Virus record (IMG/VR): IMGVR_UViG_3300029444_000365
Span: 1 to 64,000 of that record
Origin: a virus
Length of the DNA: 64,000 nucleotides
Strand: one strand, 5' to 3'
In this document: piece after piece, positions 1 through 9,047 of the stretch
How positions within the stretch are numbered: position 1 is the stretch's first letter
Layout of the letters: each line of letters begins with the position of its first letter
Program-made: the position numbers and the translations under genes
Notes under the pieces: generated by a model
What the model saw: only the letters and a program-made list of their open reading frames with translations
Database searches by the model: none
What the model was told of the DNA's origin: nothing

Positions 1-114
1 ACGACATTTAAAACTCCAAGTGGTTTTATAATCGCTAAACTGATGATAAATAGCCTGTCCCATTGACAATTTGTAGGCATCTGTCTCCAATAAACTTGTA
101 ATAATCTGTTCCAT
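1..114 (-). CDS. pncB: nicotinate phosphoribosyltransferase, N-terminal 38 aa only (gene runs off window start)
   Basis: rc translation MEQIITSLLETDAYKLSMGQAIYHQFSDYKTTWSFKCR matches the conserved PncB N-terminus ([20 protein letters not shown]...FRCR); ATG 1 nt after stop of upstream ORF (TAATATG). Confidence 0.6.
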   Translation of the reverse strand, partial: MEQIITSLLETDAYKLSMGQAIYHQFSDYKTTWSFKCR

Positions 115-115
115 A

Positions 116-670
116 TTATTTTCCTTCTTTCTTGATTTGATTAAATATTGTTCTAATATCATATTCTCTGTTTTCGTACTCATAAAACAGATTAATATAC
201 TTATCAATAAAAGCTATGTCATTTGGATGCATTGCAATTGGCTTACTTTTCTTAGATTTCCACCATTTTAATTCCTTCTCAAAATTAAACGATTTACCAT
301 AATATGCTCTACCTGCTCCAAGATAATCACAAAACATTTCTTTTTTATACTTCATTGGCATTTCAATAGGATTTCCACCATTATCAAAATTGTCCTGCCA
401 ATATTCGTAATGGTGCTTGTTTCTTCCTTTATGGTGCATCCAAGCTGCTGACCAACCATTCTCTTTCTTGCAAGCATCTATTGGACTTGAAGTACCTTGA
501 TAATACTTAACACTCTCCCAAAATTCCGTTGGAGAAAATTTAGATAAATCATGTACTAACCCTTGAAATGGAATTCCCACTTTACAGCAATAGTAGAACA
601 CCCAATGTTTATGCGTACAGACTTTCTTAAAATGTCTGAAAGTATTAATGATATAATTCTTATACTTCAT
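116..670 (-). CDS. hypothetical Cys/His/Trp-rich protein (184 aa), translationally coupled between radical-SAM gene and pncB
   Basis: track ORF 116..745 trimmed to Met26 (MKYKNYIIN): GGAGAG RBS, ATG embedded in stop region of upstream gene (AATAATGAAGTATAA); no family recognised. Confidence 0.5.
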   Translation of the reverse strand: MKYKNYIINTFRHFKKVCTHKHWVFYYCCKVGIPFQGLVHDLSKFSPTEFWESVKYYQGTSSPIDACKKENGWSAAWMHHKGRNKHHYEYWQDNFDNGGNPIEMPMKYKKEMFCDYLGAGRAYYGKSFNFEKELKWWKSKKSKPIAMHPNDIAFIDKYINLFYEYENREYDIRTIFNQIKKEGK

Positions 671-1304
671 TATTCTCTCCAATCTTTCTATACTCCGTAT
701 ATACTTTGTTTTCACAGTAATACAAGTTATAATCACACTGTTCAATGTACCACCATAACTTCTGATGTCCTTCTTTAAGATATTCTCTACAATAATCTGT
801 TTCCTGATAGTGATTATCTACCATCTGTCTGAAACTCAACTCATCAATAATACCTGAGTTATGACAATATACTGCTATTCTGTTAATTAAATCCTCTGTG
901 AAATTTTCCGTGACCACAAATACAACTCTGACAATTTCGTTTTTTAATCGCTTGATGGATTTTAATTGTTTAAAATCATGTAAATGGTATACAACTCTGT
1001 CAAAATATGCATATGGTGCATCTTTTACATTTGGCATACTTGTATGTAGCTCTATCTGAACTCTATGTAAAGTTATATCGAAGAATTTCCTATACCACTC
1101 TACATTATTTTCTAAATTCCATAATGGATCTCCACCACCAGATATTGATACCCAATTACACTGATTTTTCTTAATCTCCTCTTCCAAAGAGTTCAATCCA
1201 TCAATCGTACTCTTTGGAATCTGAAGGTTATTATTCTTTACAATGCAATATGGACATGAATAGTGGCATCCAAAATTGGTTATCACACTCATGTACTTAT
1301 CCAT
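660..1304 (-). CDS. radical SAM enzyme (QueE/NrdG-activase-like, 214 aa)
   Basis: N-terminal CHYSCPYC (Cx3Cx2C) cluster, GGGDP (GGEP-like) SAM motif; B. subtilis-type QueE has similar CxYSCxWC. Confidence 0.75.
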   Translation of the reverse strand: MDKYMSVITNFGCHYSCPYCIVKNNNLQIPKSTIDGLNSLEEEIKKNQCNWVSISGGGDPLWNLENNVEWYRKFFDITLHRVQIELHTSMPNVKDAPYAYFDRVVYHLHDFKQLKSIKRLKNEIVRVVFVVTENFTEDLINRIAVYCHNSGIIDELSFRQMVDNHYQETDYCREYLKEGHQKLWWYIEQCDYNLYYCENKVYTEYRKIGENNEV

Positions 1305-1307
1305 ATT

Positions 1308-1817
1308 CTACTCTCCAATCACTTCAATCTGACAACTTTTCATAACTTCCATAGCCGCTTTATGTTTATCAGGTGTGACTCCTGCACAGCAACTTGCATC
1401 TACTGTGACATTAATAAATGGATAATCAGCTTTAATAATTAAAGCATTTGATACTACACAAATTTCGCTACAAAGACCAATAAGTTCTATATCATTGTTA
1501 AATCCAAAGTCAGTCCAATGTGTCCAACCAAAAGATTCCTTATTGATATATGCACAATTTGGAACTTCTAATCCGTCTGCAATCTGCCATCCATGAGTAT
1601 TGTAAATACAATGTTCAACTGGTAACTTGATACCTTCTGGTGTACTTAAATAGTTTTCATAATGTGTATCTCTTGTGAAAATAATTCTATCTCCACGATT
1701 ATAATATTCTTCAATTTTCTTCTTGACATTTGGAACAATTGCCTGTGCTTCCTTTGTACCGAGTGAGCCATCAATAAAATCATTCTGCATATCAATTACA
1801 ATTAATGTTTTGCTCAT
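1308..1817 (-). CDS. pncA: isochorismatase-family cysteine hydrolase, nicotinamidase (PncA)-like
   Basis: LIVIDMQNDF motif, catalytic Cys in GLCSEICV, DTH...H metal-site pattern typical of PncA; 169 aa. Confidence 0.65.
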   Translation of the reverse strand: MSKTLIVIDMQNDFIDGSLGTKEAQAIVPNVKKKIEEYYNRGDRIIFTRDTHYENYLSTPEGIKLPVEHCIYNTHGWQIADGLEVPNCAYINKESFGWTHWTDFGFNNDIELIGLCSEICVVSNALIIKADYPFINVTVDASCCAGVTPDKHKAAMEVMKSCQIEVIGE

Positions 1818-1951
1818 TTTGTTACCTCTTTTCTTTATTTTTATATGTATTTATTCTCTAAAAACCCAAAAGAAATTCCGCTTTCTTTCGGTCTTGGTTT
1901 TTATACAATATATAGTATTTCTTGCAATTCCTTGATACTATATATTGTATA

Positions 1952-2309
1952 TTATTTTAGTTTTCTACTGTCATAGATGTTTCCCATACCATAACCATGA
2001 GTGCAAGCCATTAATGTGAAACAAATACCCTCTATTCCAATAACTCTACCGCCAATAAGACTATTCTCACTTACAGTTCCAACTCTTTGTACATCGTTTT
2101 CATAAGTTAATTTTGAATAGAGGGTAAATTAAAATTTTTTGCCACCGTATACAAGTAACTGAACCCACCAGCATTACCTACAGGCTGTGCCAATAAACAC
2201 ATTGCTACATGATCTGAATCATATACTCTATTACCCTGACGAAATTGCTTTCCAAAATTTATTTCACCGACACCACCAACTAACTGTGGTTTATCACCAC
2301 AAGCAGAAC
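1952..2309 (-). pseudogene. degenerate C5-methyltransferase TRD-like remnant (two frames, no start codon)
   Basis: immediately after MTase stop; frames read QGNRVYDSDHVAMCLLAQPVGNAGGFSYLY and IGGRVIGIEGICFTLMACTHGYGMG, i.e. two copies of the Q(G/S)xR(V/I)Y..G..(P)TL.A.GGG...Y block that precedes motif IX in C5-MTases; interrupted by stops. Confidence 0.3.
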
Positions 2310-3818
2310 TTAATCCACTTGTGGCTGATGAAAATTTACCATCTTCTCATCTGTACAAATATATGTATTGTCATACTGAGCCTTATATAAATGCTCAATC
2401 AACAAAGAGATGCAAGTTGTCACTATACTGTTACCGCTTTGTTTATATCCCTGAGTATCAGACATTCCAACTGCTTTACAGTTCTCATAATCAATATCAT
2501 CGAATCCCATGAGCCTGTGGCACTCTTTTGGCGTGAGCTTCCTCACAACTCTTAAATTGTCTCTTTCAACTTTTGGTTCTGTATTACCGCCACCACAAGT
2601 ATGCATAGCTGGTGCAATTCCATCTTCGCTATATACTCTGCGAGACTGTTCATGCATTCTCTGAAACTTTTCGCTGCATAAATCAGCAATATGTATTGGT
2701 TCGTTTGAGTCGGCAAGAATCTGTTTTGGCTGTTTATAATCGGTTGCCACTAAAGTACCCATTACTGAATCCTGCTGATAAACTAAATCTCTGTTACCTA
2801 ATCTGGTACAATTTTGTCCAATTGTTGTTCCTACTACATTCTTTTCAAATTTTGGATCTGTTATCTGAAGTCTTTTCTGTACTTCATCAGATAAGAAATA
2901 TTTCTCCAGAACACTGCTATCTGTTTCTAATAAATCCTTTAATCTGATTCCTGTATCAAAAGGCTGTGGAAATTCAAAAGACTTGGTATCAATATCCTTA
3001 CGAATAGAGATACAGAAGATTCTATTTCGATTCTGTGGAATACCTGTATTCTTTGCATTGATTGTCTGATAATATGAGTTATATCCCAAGTTATCAAGCC
3101 GAATCAGCCAATCCTTAAAACTGTCAATATACTTCTTTGATACAAGAGCATCTACATTCTCCATAAGCAAATACTTTGGTAATGTATTATTCTCTTTTGC
3201 TTTTACAAGAAGTCTCTCAACTTCATACAATAAACCTGAACGAGTTGATTTAATGTTGTGGTTGCCACAATTAGGGCATGTATAACGAGTATCTACGTCT
3301 AATTCAGATGGATCATATTCACAACCACAATCATGACATGTCCACTTTAATCCTTCCTGCTTACCGGCGATTGACAAATCTGTACATGGAGTCGAGTATG
3401 TAAGTAAATCACTATATGGCAGTGACTCAATCTGCATCATATCGCCAAGATTATGTGAAATATGGTCTGCTAACCAATATTTCTCAATACCTTTTGCCTT
3501 GTTCTTCTTTCGTGAAAGCTTCTCCCAATCATACGGAACATCTTTCTTAAAATCATATCCAAGTCTCTTATCTGTAAGCTGTTTTACCATTTCTTCTTTA
3601 CTTGGATAATCTTCATAATTTTCAATCATCTCATTAGTTAATCCACAATGAATTGCAGCATAACTAACTACTACTTCTTTGTCTAAATCTGCTGTTGCAA
3701 TCATATTTGCATTGAAGAGATGAGTATTATCAATTCCCTTCATCTGCGCACCAATACCACTGCAAAGCTCAATTACACTTAACTCACAATAATTATTTTT
3801 TTCTTTATTCTCTGTCAA
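2310..3818 (-). CDS. DNA (cytosine-5)-methyltransferase with internal zinc-ribbon insert
   Basis: motif I ELCSGIGAQ, motif IV TPCTDLSIAG (PC), ENV, QNRNRIF, TRD block SRRVYSEDGIAPAMHTCGGG, motif IX RKLTPKECHRLMGF, motif X QSGNSIV; insert CHDCGC..CPNCG. Confidence 0.85.
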   Translation of the reverse strand: MTENKEKNNYCELSVIELCSGIGAQMKGIDNTHLFNANMIATADLDKEVVVSYAAIHCGLTNEMIENYEDYPSKEEMVKQLTDKRLGYDFKKDVPYDWEKLSRKKNKAKGIEKYWLADHISHNLGDMMQIESLPYSDLLTYSTPCTDLSIAGKQEGLKWTCHDCGCEYDPSELDVDTRYTCPNCGNHNIKSTRSGLLYEVERLLVKAKENNTLPKYLLMENVDALVSKKYIDSFKDWLIRLDNLGYNSYYQTINAKNTGIPQNRNRIFCISIRKDIDTKSFEFPQPFDTGIRLKDLLETDSSVLEKYFLSDEVQKRLQITDPKFEKNVVGTTIGQNCTRLGNRDLVYQQDSVMGTLVATDYKQPKQILADSNEPIHIADLCSEKFQRMHEQSRRVYSEDGIAPAMHTCGGGNTEPKVERDNLRVVRKLTPKECHRLMGFDDIDYENCKAVGMSDTQGYKQSGNSIVTTCISLLIEHLYKAQYDNTYICTDEKMVNFHQPQVD

Positions 3819-4005
3819 AATCCTTTAATCTACAGAGATTGCGCAATCATTTATCCTAGAATTTACTGTTAATTCCTTTCTTCTTAATTATTTTATTGTA
3901 AAATCCTATGGAATTTGCACGTCTGCAAAAACCATAAGAAAAAAATATTTCATTTTACTTTATTTTTGGAAACACTTGAACGAATGTACAAGTTAAGAAA
4001 TATTC

Positions 4006-4380
4006 TCACTGATTTTCATTAATCAGCATATCTTCCAGTTTATAAATTTCATCTTTTAGAGATCTAATTCTGGTTCTAACCAATTTATTAAATCCCCATA
4101 CAGCTTCCTCGTATGTATCAGCAAAGAATCTCGCATATATAGTTACACCATTCTTTTTCAAATCTTTACCATTTGCTTTATATTCATAGAAATATTTATC
4201 TTCTTTGATTCTCCCCTTTACGGGCTTACACATAAGATTTAATGCTCTCTCATCTTCCTTGTATGCAAAAGCCCAAAAATCTTTATTATAATGTGTTCCA
4301 TCATCAATGTATTGTAAATCATTAAAGATATTTCTATATATACCATTATATCTTGCATCTATATTGTTACAATAAATCAT
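4006..4380 (-). CDS. hypothetical protein (124 aa)
   Basis: ORF in co-directional array; no motif recognised. Confidence 0.5.
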   Translation of the reverse strand: MIYCNNIDARYNGIYRNIFNDLQYIDDGTHYNKDFWAFAYKEDERALNLMCKPVKGRIKEDKYFYEYKANGKDLKKNGVTIYARFFADTYEEAVWGFNKLVRTRIRSLKDEIYKLEDMLINENQ

Positions 4381-4415
4381 TTTCTTACCTCGCTTTGCTT
4401 GGAAAATTTGGCTGA

Positions 4416-4712
4416 TCAGCCTTTGAATAGAATCTCTATTTGAAATTTCTTTAATTCATCTTGAATCATCTTCTGTATATCTTCTTTGTCAAAAGATATA
4501 TTTGCAACTGGAATAATATTTGCATTTTGATTAACATCGCCAACAAGAGCATTATCAAATGCCTCTAAAAACATTTCTGCAATTTCTTTTTCATAGTTGC
4601 CACACATTCCATCGTAGTTAATATCTGCAATTACTCTCGAAAAGAAATCTTTGAACTTATCAGCGATAAAATCTTTCTCATACCCTATTGGAATATCAAT
4701 TGTTAATTTCAT
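4416..4712 (-). CDS. hypothetical protein (98 aa)
   Basis: ORF in co-directional array. Confidence 0.5.
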   Translation of the reverse strand: MKLTIDIPIGYEKDFIADKFKDFFSRVIADINYDGMCGNYEKEIAEMFLEAFDNALVGDVNQNANIIPVANISFDKEDIQKMIQDELKKFQIEILFKG

Positions 4713-4726
4713 TCTTTTATCTCACC

Positions 4727-5161
4727 TTACTTCCCAAATGGATTCTCCATAATACAATGGTCAACCATATCTTTAAATGCAAAAGGTGAATCAATCACTC
4801 TATTTGAATATCTGAAACGCTTTAAAAACTCAAGTACCTCATGTGCATCTCTATGTGATAATGGAATAAATGATACATACTCTGGATGACCTTTAATGCA
4901 TACAACCGCCCAAGAATGGTCATCAGAACAAAAACCAACATCCGTTCCAACATCTACCATCGAGTTCATCATCTTGTGACAATCATCAACCAATTTATAA
5001 GAATCTTCATATGCAATAGTTGCATCAGACAACCGTATATTGGCATATTCGCATCTTCTTCTTGCGTTATTGTATGATTTTTTAGCTGCTTCCACTTGAA
5101 ATAAATCATCTTCTAATAACCAATGTCTCAATTTATCTCGTATTTTATCCTTTAATTTCAC
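4727..5161 (-). CDS. hypothetical protein (144 aa)
   Basis: ORF in co-directional array, adjacent to macro gene. Confidence 0.5.
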   Translation of the reverse strand: MKLKDKIRDKLRHWLLEDDLFQVEAAKKSYNNARRRCEYANIRLSDATIAYEDSYKLVDDCHKMMNSMVDVGTDVGFCSDDHSWAVVCIKGHPEYVSFIPLSHRDAHEVLEFLKRFRYSNRVIDSPFAFKDMVDHCIMENPFGK

Positions 5162-5167
5162 ACTCTC

Positions 5168-5611
5168 TCACCTCTTACATACCAAAATCTCAACATCTGT
5201 ATCCGCAAAAATGTTTTTAATCTGTTCAGAGACATCATTCCAGTTCAATCTATCTAAGCCACAACCAATTACAGGCATTGCAATCTTCTTGATATTATTC
5301 TCCAAACAAATCTGTTTCATCTTTTCAAGTGCAAGTCTCATTGTAATTGTTGTTGGTTTGTGAAAATATCTCTCTTTTGTAATAAGATTTAATACCCTAT
5401 CTTCTAATAGACAATCACCACCAATCCTCTTATGAGTATACCGGTCAAAATAATATGGATATTTTGTCAGCAACCTTCTCTTCATATCAAACCTTTTATT
5501 GAACTCAACTACAATTCCTTTACCCATTCCAAAATCTGCACTGATACAATGTGCTAAATAATAATCTTCTGGTACTGTAAACAAGTCTTTATTTTCTTCT
5601 CTATATTTCAC
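5168..5611 (-). CDS. macro domain protein (ADP-ribose / ADP-ribose-1-phosphate / O-acetyl-ADP-ribose processing family)
   Basis: 147 aa, HCISADFGMGKGIVVEF...AMPVIGCGLDRL pattern typical of macro/Appr-1-p processing domains. Confidence 0.7.
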   Translation of the reverse strand: MKYREENKDLFTVPEDYYLAHCISADFGMGKGIVVEFNKRFDMKRRLLTKYPYYFDRYTHKRIGGDCLLEDRVLNLITKERYFHKPTTITMRLALEKMKQICLENNIKKIAMPVIGCGLDRLNWNDVSEQIKNIFADTDVEILVCKR

Positions 5612-5832
5612 TATTTCACCTCGCTTACCACTTTTATCTTACATTCGATTTCTACAACTTCTAGCTGCCTATCAGCGTTATAACGTCTTGACTTGAATCT
5701 TCTAACCGCATTCTCAGCAGTTTTTCTTGTTTCCCAATATTTGTGTCGTGGGTTTGTAAGATTACTTAGTAATTTTCCTGTTAATTTATCCATTACACCA
5801 TATAATGTAAATTCATTTTCCATCTCTTTCAC
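5611..5832 (-). CDS. hypothetical protein (73 aa)
   Basis: ORF, start overlaps macro gene stop. Confidence 0.45.
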   Translation of the reverse strand: MKEMENEFTLYGVMDKLTGKLLSNLTNPRHKYWETRKTAENAVRRFKSRRYNADRQLEVVEIECKIKVVSEVK

Positions 5833-5837
5833 CTCAC

Positions 5838-6038
5838 TTATTCTCTATATGGTTCAGGACATTTCTGCCACGCAACCACATCTACGGTGCTACCACTTGG
5901 TAAAACATCCCATATCCAATTTCCCTTTGGATATTCATATCTATCAGTTTGTCTTACCTGTCTCCCAAAAGATGTTTCTATTGTTACCAAATACCTTCCT
6001 TTTTTCTGTGGTGGATTTTTAGTTCCCCATTTTGCCAT
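5838..6038 (-). CDS. hypothetical protein (66 aa)
   Basis: ORF in array. Confidence 0.45.
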   Translation of the reverse strand: MAKWGTKNPPQKKGRYLVTIETSFGRQVRQTDRYEYPKGNWIWDVLPSGSTVDVVAWQKCPEPYRE

Positions 6039-6048
6039 TTATTTCACC

Positions 6049-6789
6049 TCACATCCATTTATCAATCTCGCTAAACACATTGCCTAGCGAATCAACAATC
6101 GTCAGATCCGTATCTTCATTCATTAACACTTGAATTTTTTCCCTATTGATAATAACCAAATGCCTACCACTGAAATACGAAATATAATTCGCTGCTGGAT
6201 AAACTTTTAATGAAGTGCCACCAATAATCAACATTTCAGCATCTCGAATGGCTCTGATTGCCCTATTTACCGCATCATTAGGAAGATTTTCTCCATATAA
6301 AGTTACGTCAGGTCTAATCAGACCACCACATTCACACTTTGGGATAGCTTCTTTAGTGTTAAACAAGAAATCTGAATGATATTCCATTTTACATTTACTA
6401 CAATAATTCCTCTGAGTAGTTCCATGAATTTCAAATACATTCTTACTGCCAGCTTTTTGATGAAGCCCATCAATGTTCTGTGTAACAATAGCCTTCAACT
6501 TACCTATTTCTTCCATCTTAGCAAGTACCTTATGAGTAATATTTGGCTCAATATTTCTTGTATCCATCTTCTGACGATAGAACTCATAGAATACCTTTGG
6601 ATTGTTATATAAGCATTCTCGACTCAAAAGATACTCTGGCTCGTATCTATCAAACTGAACGTCATGCTGATTATATAACCCATCCTTAGAACGAAAGTCT
6701 GGAATACCACTTTCAGTAGATACACCTGCTCCACCAAAGAATACAATATTATTTGATTCTTCTATATATTCTCTTAATTTTTCGTACAT
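6049..6789 (-). CDS. SIR2-family NAD-dependent protein deacylase (sirtuin)
   Basis: GAGVSTESGIPDFRS, QNIDGLH, two CxxC zinc pairs (CSKC..CECG), GTS motif; 246 aa. Confidence 0.85.
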   Translation of the reverse strand: MYEKLREYIEESNNIVFFGGAGVSTESGIPDFRSKDGLYNQHDVQFDRYEPEYLLSRECLYNNPKVFYEFYRQKMDTRNIEPNITHKVLAKMEEIGKLKAIVTQNIDGLHQKAGSKNVFEIHGTTQRNYCSKCKMEYHSDFLFNTKEAIPKCECGGLIRPDVTLYGENLPNDAVNRAIRAIRDAEMLIIGGTSLKVYPAANYISYFSGRHLVIINREKIQVLMNEDTDLTIVDSLGNVFSEIDKWM

Positions 6790-6799
6790 AGTTCTTACC

Positions 6800-7051
6800 T
6801 CACTCTATCATTTCAACTTTAATTCTAAATTTTGTTGTTTCTATATGTTCGCTTTCTTGATAAGGACGATTATAATCAAAGTGCTGATGTTTAACAGTCG
6901 CAATCAAGTGAGCATCATTGCCAGAAACAAATTTCGTATCTGTCTCATAAGTATCTTCTGAACCATCACCAAGTTTAGAGTCTGTACAATATATCTGATT
7001 TGCGTCTAATGCATCTTGAATAATTCTGTAAATTTCTCCTGTATTATACAT
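6800..7051 (-). CDS. hypothetical protein (83 aa)
   Basis: ORF in array. Confidence 0.45.
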   Translation of the reverse strand: MYNTGEIYRIIQDALDANQIYCTDSKLGDGSEDTYETDTKFVSGNDAHLIATVKHQHFDYNRPYQESEHIETTKFRIKVEMIE

Positions 7052-7061
7052 AGCTACTCCT

Positions 7062-8450
7062 TTAATACTCTATCCAACCATCTGTAATACCAGTCATCCA
7101 ATAAATAAGATCTTCTCTATCATTTTTTAATCTTCCATCTATTACACGAGTTAAGATTTCATTGAGCCAGTATCCAACTTCTTTTCCACTTTTAATGAGC
7201 ATTGTATCCATTACATCTTTTCCATTAACTGCTAAATCCTTTAGAGAAAAACATTCATCGTCCTGTAAAACTTCTTCCAAAATATATCCGATATTGTCAA
7301 TCTTCTGTAATCTTGTTTCCTGATTAATGTCTGCTTGTGCTTTAATATCAGCTCTACGAACATTTAATAACCTTCTGAACTGTTCTTCTCCAATTTTATT
7401 AAGCCATCTCTTGACATATTTCTTCCCCATCTCAAAAGTTGTATCATGATAATAAACAAGCTGCACTACTTTTTCTCTTGTATCATTATCAAAACGAAGT
7501 CTTTTCATAATTGTATCAGTCATATCAGCACTGACTCTTCCATGACCTTTAAAATGTCTAATACCATCTTCTCCATCCTGATAACAATGTGGTTTTCCTA
7601 TGTCATGAAAGAACACCGCTAATGATGTAATTAAATCTATTGAATTTAAGTCGGGTTCACAATCACATTCATAAGCTTGTACTGCATGTACTGTATGATT
7701 CCATACATCATAAATGTGATATGGATTATTCTGTTGAAAGCCAAGCATATCTTTAATTTCAGGAATGAACAACGAGAATACTTCACGGAATAATCCTATC
7801 TGTATATAAAACTCGCTTGATAATGCAATCTTACAGAACTCACTGTTGATTCTCTCAATAGATATATTCTCTAAATTCTTATACATTTTATGAATATTAA
7901 AACTCACATCAGAATCAACCACAAATCCCAGTTGTGAAGCAAACCGAATAGCACGTAAAATTCTTAAAGCATCTTCCGAAAATCTATCCTCTGCTCTACC
8001 AACACATCTGATTTTATAATGCTCAATATCTTCCATACCATTAAACGGATTTACAAGACCAACTTCATCATTGTATGCCATCGCATTGATTGTAAAATCT
8101 CTACGCTTCAAATCTTCTTTAAGACTTCGTGTAAATGTTACGCTATCAGGTCTACGACTATCTGAGTAATTACCGTCAATTCTGTAAGTGGTGCATTCAT
8201 ATCCTTCACCGTCAATTACAATGGTAATAGTTCCATGTTGTAAACCAGTTTCAATAATTCTCTTGTCCTTGAATACTTCCATCATTTCATCTGGTGTGGC
8301 AGAAGTTGTAATGTCGTAATCGTGAATTGGTCTGCCAAGAATACTATCTCTCACTGCACCACCACATAAAAATGCCTCATATCCATTATTCTGTAAAGTA
8401 TGAATAATTTCATTTGCACCAGATGGAATTTCAATTTTCAATTTCTTCAT
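7062..8450 (-). CDS. cca: CCA-adding tRNA nucleotidyltransferase with C-terminal HD domain
   Basis: GGAVRD..DxD head motif (LCGGAVRDSILGRPIHDYDITT), RRDFTINA, HD motif FFHDIGK; 462 aa. Confidence 0.85.
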   Translation of the reverse strand: MKKLKIEIPSGANEIIHTLQNNGYEAFLCGGAVRDSILGRPIHDYDITTSATPDEMMEVFKDKRIIETGLQHGTITIVIDGEGYECTTYRIDGNYSDSRRPDSVTFTRSLKEDLKRRDFTINAMAYNDEVGLVNPFNGMEDIEHYKIRCVGRAEDRFSEDALRILRAIRFASQLGFVVDSDVSFNIHKMYKNLENISIERINSEFCKIALSSEFYIQIGLFREVFSLFIPEIKDMLGFQQNNPYHIYDVWNHTVHAVQAYECDCEPDLNSIDLITSLAVFFHDIGKPHCYQDGEDGIRHFKGHGRVSADMTDTIMKRLRFDNDTREKVVQLVYYHDTTFEMGKKYVKRWLNKIGEEQFRRLLNVRRADIKAQADINQETRLQKIDNIGYILEEVLQDDECFSLKDLAVNGKDVMDTMLIKSGKEVGYWLNEILTRVIDGRLKNDREDLIYWMTGITDGWIEY

Positions 8451-8487
8451 TCAAATTCACCTCAATTTTTGGTATATTTATAAAATA

Positions 8488-9042
8488 TCACTTATTCGTT
8501 ATCATATCCAAAAACAACAAATCATCTTTCTTCAATGTGATATCATAACCTTTCCATTCTTCCATTAGCCCTCTTATATCAAATTTATGCGGAACAATAA
8601 TTGCATAGCCGTGAGGAGTCTTATGTACCTCTATCTCTAATAATGGAATTTCCGAATACATAGCTATCTCATGGACAAAATCATTCATCAATAACTCATC
8701 ATCCACATCAAAATCAAATAACCACTTGCCATCATCTCTGTTCTGCACTTGCAGTGCAACTGAAGCCAATGTGTGATTGAGACGTGTCATACTCAGTTTA
8801 TCTCTCAGTAGTCGGATAATAAATTCTTCTCTGATTTTATCTTCATTCCTTGAATTGACCGACCTGTATAATCTTGTCTGTTCACCAGGAACTCCTTTGG
8901 CTGCAAAACTCTTAAATTCTTCAATTATTTTGTCTTCATTCTCTTTATATTCAAGGATTGTTTCAATTCGCCCCTTGAAGTTTGGAACATCTTTATTATC
9001 CTTGTTACGAGAACGAATTAAATATACATATAAATTTGACAT
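8488..9042 (-). CDS. hypothetical protein (184 aa); weak 2H-phosphoesterase-like HxT x2 (NHTL, HKTP)
   Basis: track ORF trimmed to MSNLYVYLI start (AAGGAG RBS, 5 nt after Tpt1 stop); two HxT motifs only, weak. Confidence 0.5.
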   Translation of the reverse strand: MSNLYVYLIRSRNKDNKDVPNFKGRIETILEYKENEDKIIEEFKSFAAKGVPGEQTRLYRSVNSRNEDKIREEFIIRLLRDKLSMTRLNHTLASVALQVQNRDDGKWLFDFDVDDELLMNDFVHEIAMYSEIPLLEIEVHKTPHGYAIIVPHKFDIRGLMEEWKGYDITLKKDDLLFLDMITNK

Positions 9043-9047
9043 TGTAT

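Noticed and set aside
660-1304. Specific call of the radical-SAM protein as QueE (7-deazaguanine pathway)
   Set aside because: Cx3Cx2C + GGEP-like motifs are shared by QueE, NrdG and PflA activases; QueC/QueD/FolE/DpdA partners are absent; kept as generic radical-SAM.
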